Shown here piece by piece: positions 62,430-64,000 of a DNA stretch of 64,000 nt (its first letter is position 1; each line of letters begins with the position of its first letter). The notes below the pieces were generated by a model. The model saw nothing but the letters and a program-made list of their open reading frames with translations, did not search any database and was not told where the DNA came from. The translations under genes were made by a program, and so were the position numbers. The stretch is from Narcine bancroftii (taxonomy: Eukaryota): the NCBI RefSeq assembly GCF_036971445.1, contig NC_091479.1:95294001-95358000 (forward strand), in the 5' to 3' direction.

Positions 62430-64000
62430 GGCCTGTTGCTTAATTGCGCAGGCCACAAGTTCTTACTCTGGTTAATGTGTGCTTTCCATTAATAAAAATG
62501 ACTTTTGCTTAGATTGTGAAATTCCAGCAAAATACTAATTTGGTTGATTTATGGTTTTGTACCCTTGTATTGATGTTTGCTCTGCAGGATCACCTGGTTG
62601 CTTCCAAACTAATTGCAGGTCATTCTGACTAATTTGCATCTGAGGAATCGATTGATAAATGATTTGAGTTCACTCTTTTGCTGATATTATCATATCGATT
62701 ACGGCAATAATTCTAAAGGAGATAGATGGAACTGAATGTTTCCCCTTGGGAGTATTGTGTTTCATTATCCAGTGACTTGTTTGTGGACAAGTTGAGACCT
62801 GTTGAAATGCTATGAGGGTAATTGATGGGTATATTTAGAATGTTAACTGTAACTTCTGGGGTGAAGTTTCTTTCCTTTGTTCCTCACTTAAAATATTCTG
62901 GGCTCTGCAAAATATCTGTTGTGCCTAAAATTAAAGAACTTTGGAATTGAGTGTAATAGTATTTAATGACATTGCTTGCATAAACCAAATAGAGACTTCT
63001 TATAAACTAACAATCCAGGGTCGGCTCCAGAACAAATGTTATGGGTTGGGGGGGTGGGGGGCACAGTGCAATGCTTGTAAACTCACTTTTGCGGGGGTGG
63101 GGGGGTGAAAATGCTGGTCCTACCTGCTGACAAAAGTTGACGTCCTCTGTCCCTCTGATGGAGCAGATCAAAGCTTGGATTTATTGCGTCAAACATCACA
63201 AGCTTTAGATGCTAGTGACGGAGCCGGGGGCAGGTCTGATAGTTGTGACTTTGGGGGTGGCGGGTGGGGGCAATGCCTGTGGATGCCCTCCTTTGGGGCT
63301 GACCCTGTTACAATCCACTTGTTTTAGGAACCATTATAGATTGGATGCAGGCCCTTCAGCCCAATATGTCCATGATGACTAATTTGCCTTTTTGAGCATT
63401 TGCCAGTACTTGGCCCAAATGGCTTTCATCCTTTTTTAAGTGTACCTGTCCAAATCTCTCAACGTTGTAATTGTAGACACCTTTCTTCCATAAATTCATC
63501 ACCTTCTGTGGAAAAGTTTCTCTTTGTGTCTTTTTTTTTGCCTCATGTGCCTCACCTTAAACCTGTGTCCTCTCGAACTAGACTTTCCTAACCTAGGGAA
63601 AGGACCATTACTCCTCTGGCTGTTGAGATGCATCAATTGAATTGGAACTGAAATCGAGGAGATGTTGAATACATTCCCAGAACTGATGGAATGTATATTT
63701 AAACCTATTGAAATTGGTGAGAACTATTTCAGATATGCTGATTCTTATCTGACTTGAGTGCAATTTTAATTCCAGGAGATTTTTTTCCTGATTTCTTTCA
63801 GGAGAGAGGATCAGGGCATTTTCTTGTGGAATGGATGATGAACATTTGGGTCTTCCCTGTGCCATTTGGGAGATCAGGATTCTCTGAGAGACCGTTGATG
63901 GTGGAATTTGGAGCAAAAATCATTCTGCTGCAGGAACTCAGTGGGTTGAGCAGCATTTGGTGGGTTGGGGGTAGGGTGGAGTGCAGTCAACATTTCAGCC

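Overview
AT-rich vertebrate genomic DNA, repeat-dense. The CR1/Penelope/Rex1/HE1-type repeat mix suggests a cartilaginous fish (inference). It holds the 5' halves of two divergently oriented genes. On the minus strand is MDM2: four coding exons at 13966-13889, 13772-13698, 11205-11072 and 3800-3751 encode the p53-binding SWIB domain. Upstream are an NRF1/ETS P1-type promoter and first exon at ~14.2-14.3 kb and two tandem p53 response elements plus a TATA-like box (P2-type promoter) at 14083-14160. On the plus strand is the first coding exon of TMEM117 (49439-49747). Between them a CpG-rich promoter (22.65-23.2 kb) carries a BANP/CGCG palindrome, an RFX X-box and a strong minus-strand ATG-to-donor mini-exon that could be a distal MDM2 first exon. 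The rest is transposons (near-intact Gypsy with LTRs and TSD, young RTE-BovB, decayed CR1, Penelope-like, Rex1, Chapaev3, MITEs) and large GC-rich minisatellites. The oddest structures are an X-LTR-X-LTR-X array with 36-bp target-like duplications, a 43-bp hairpin fused to a perfect CpG minisatellite in an MDM2 intron, and locally templated insertions. Most long ORFs in the supplied track are minisatellite read-throughs. All family and gene identifications are from recalled sequence knowledge, not database searches; TE remnant boundaries are approximate.
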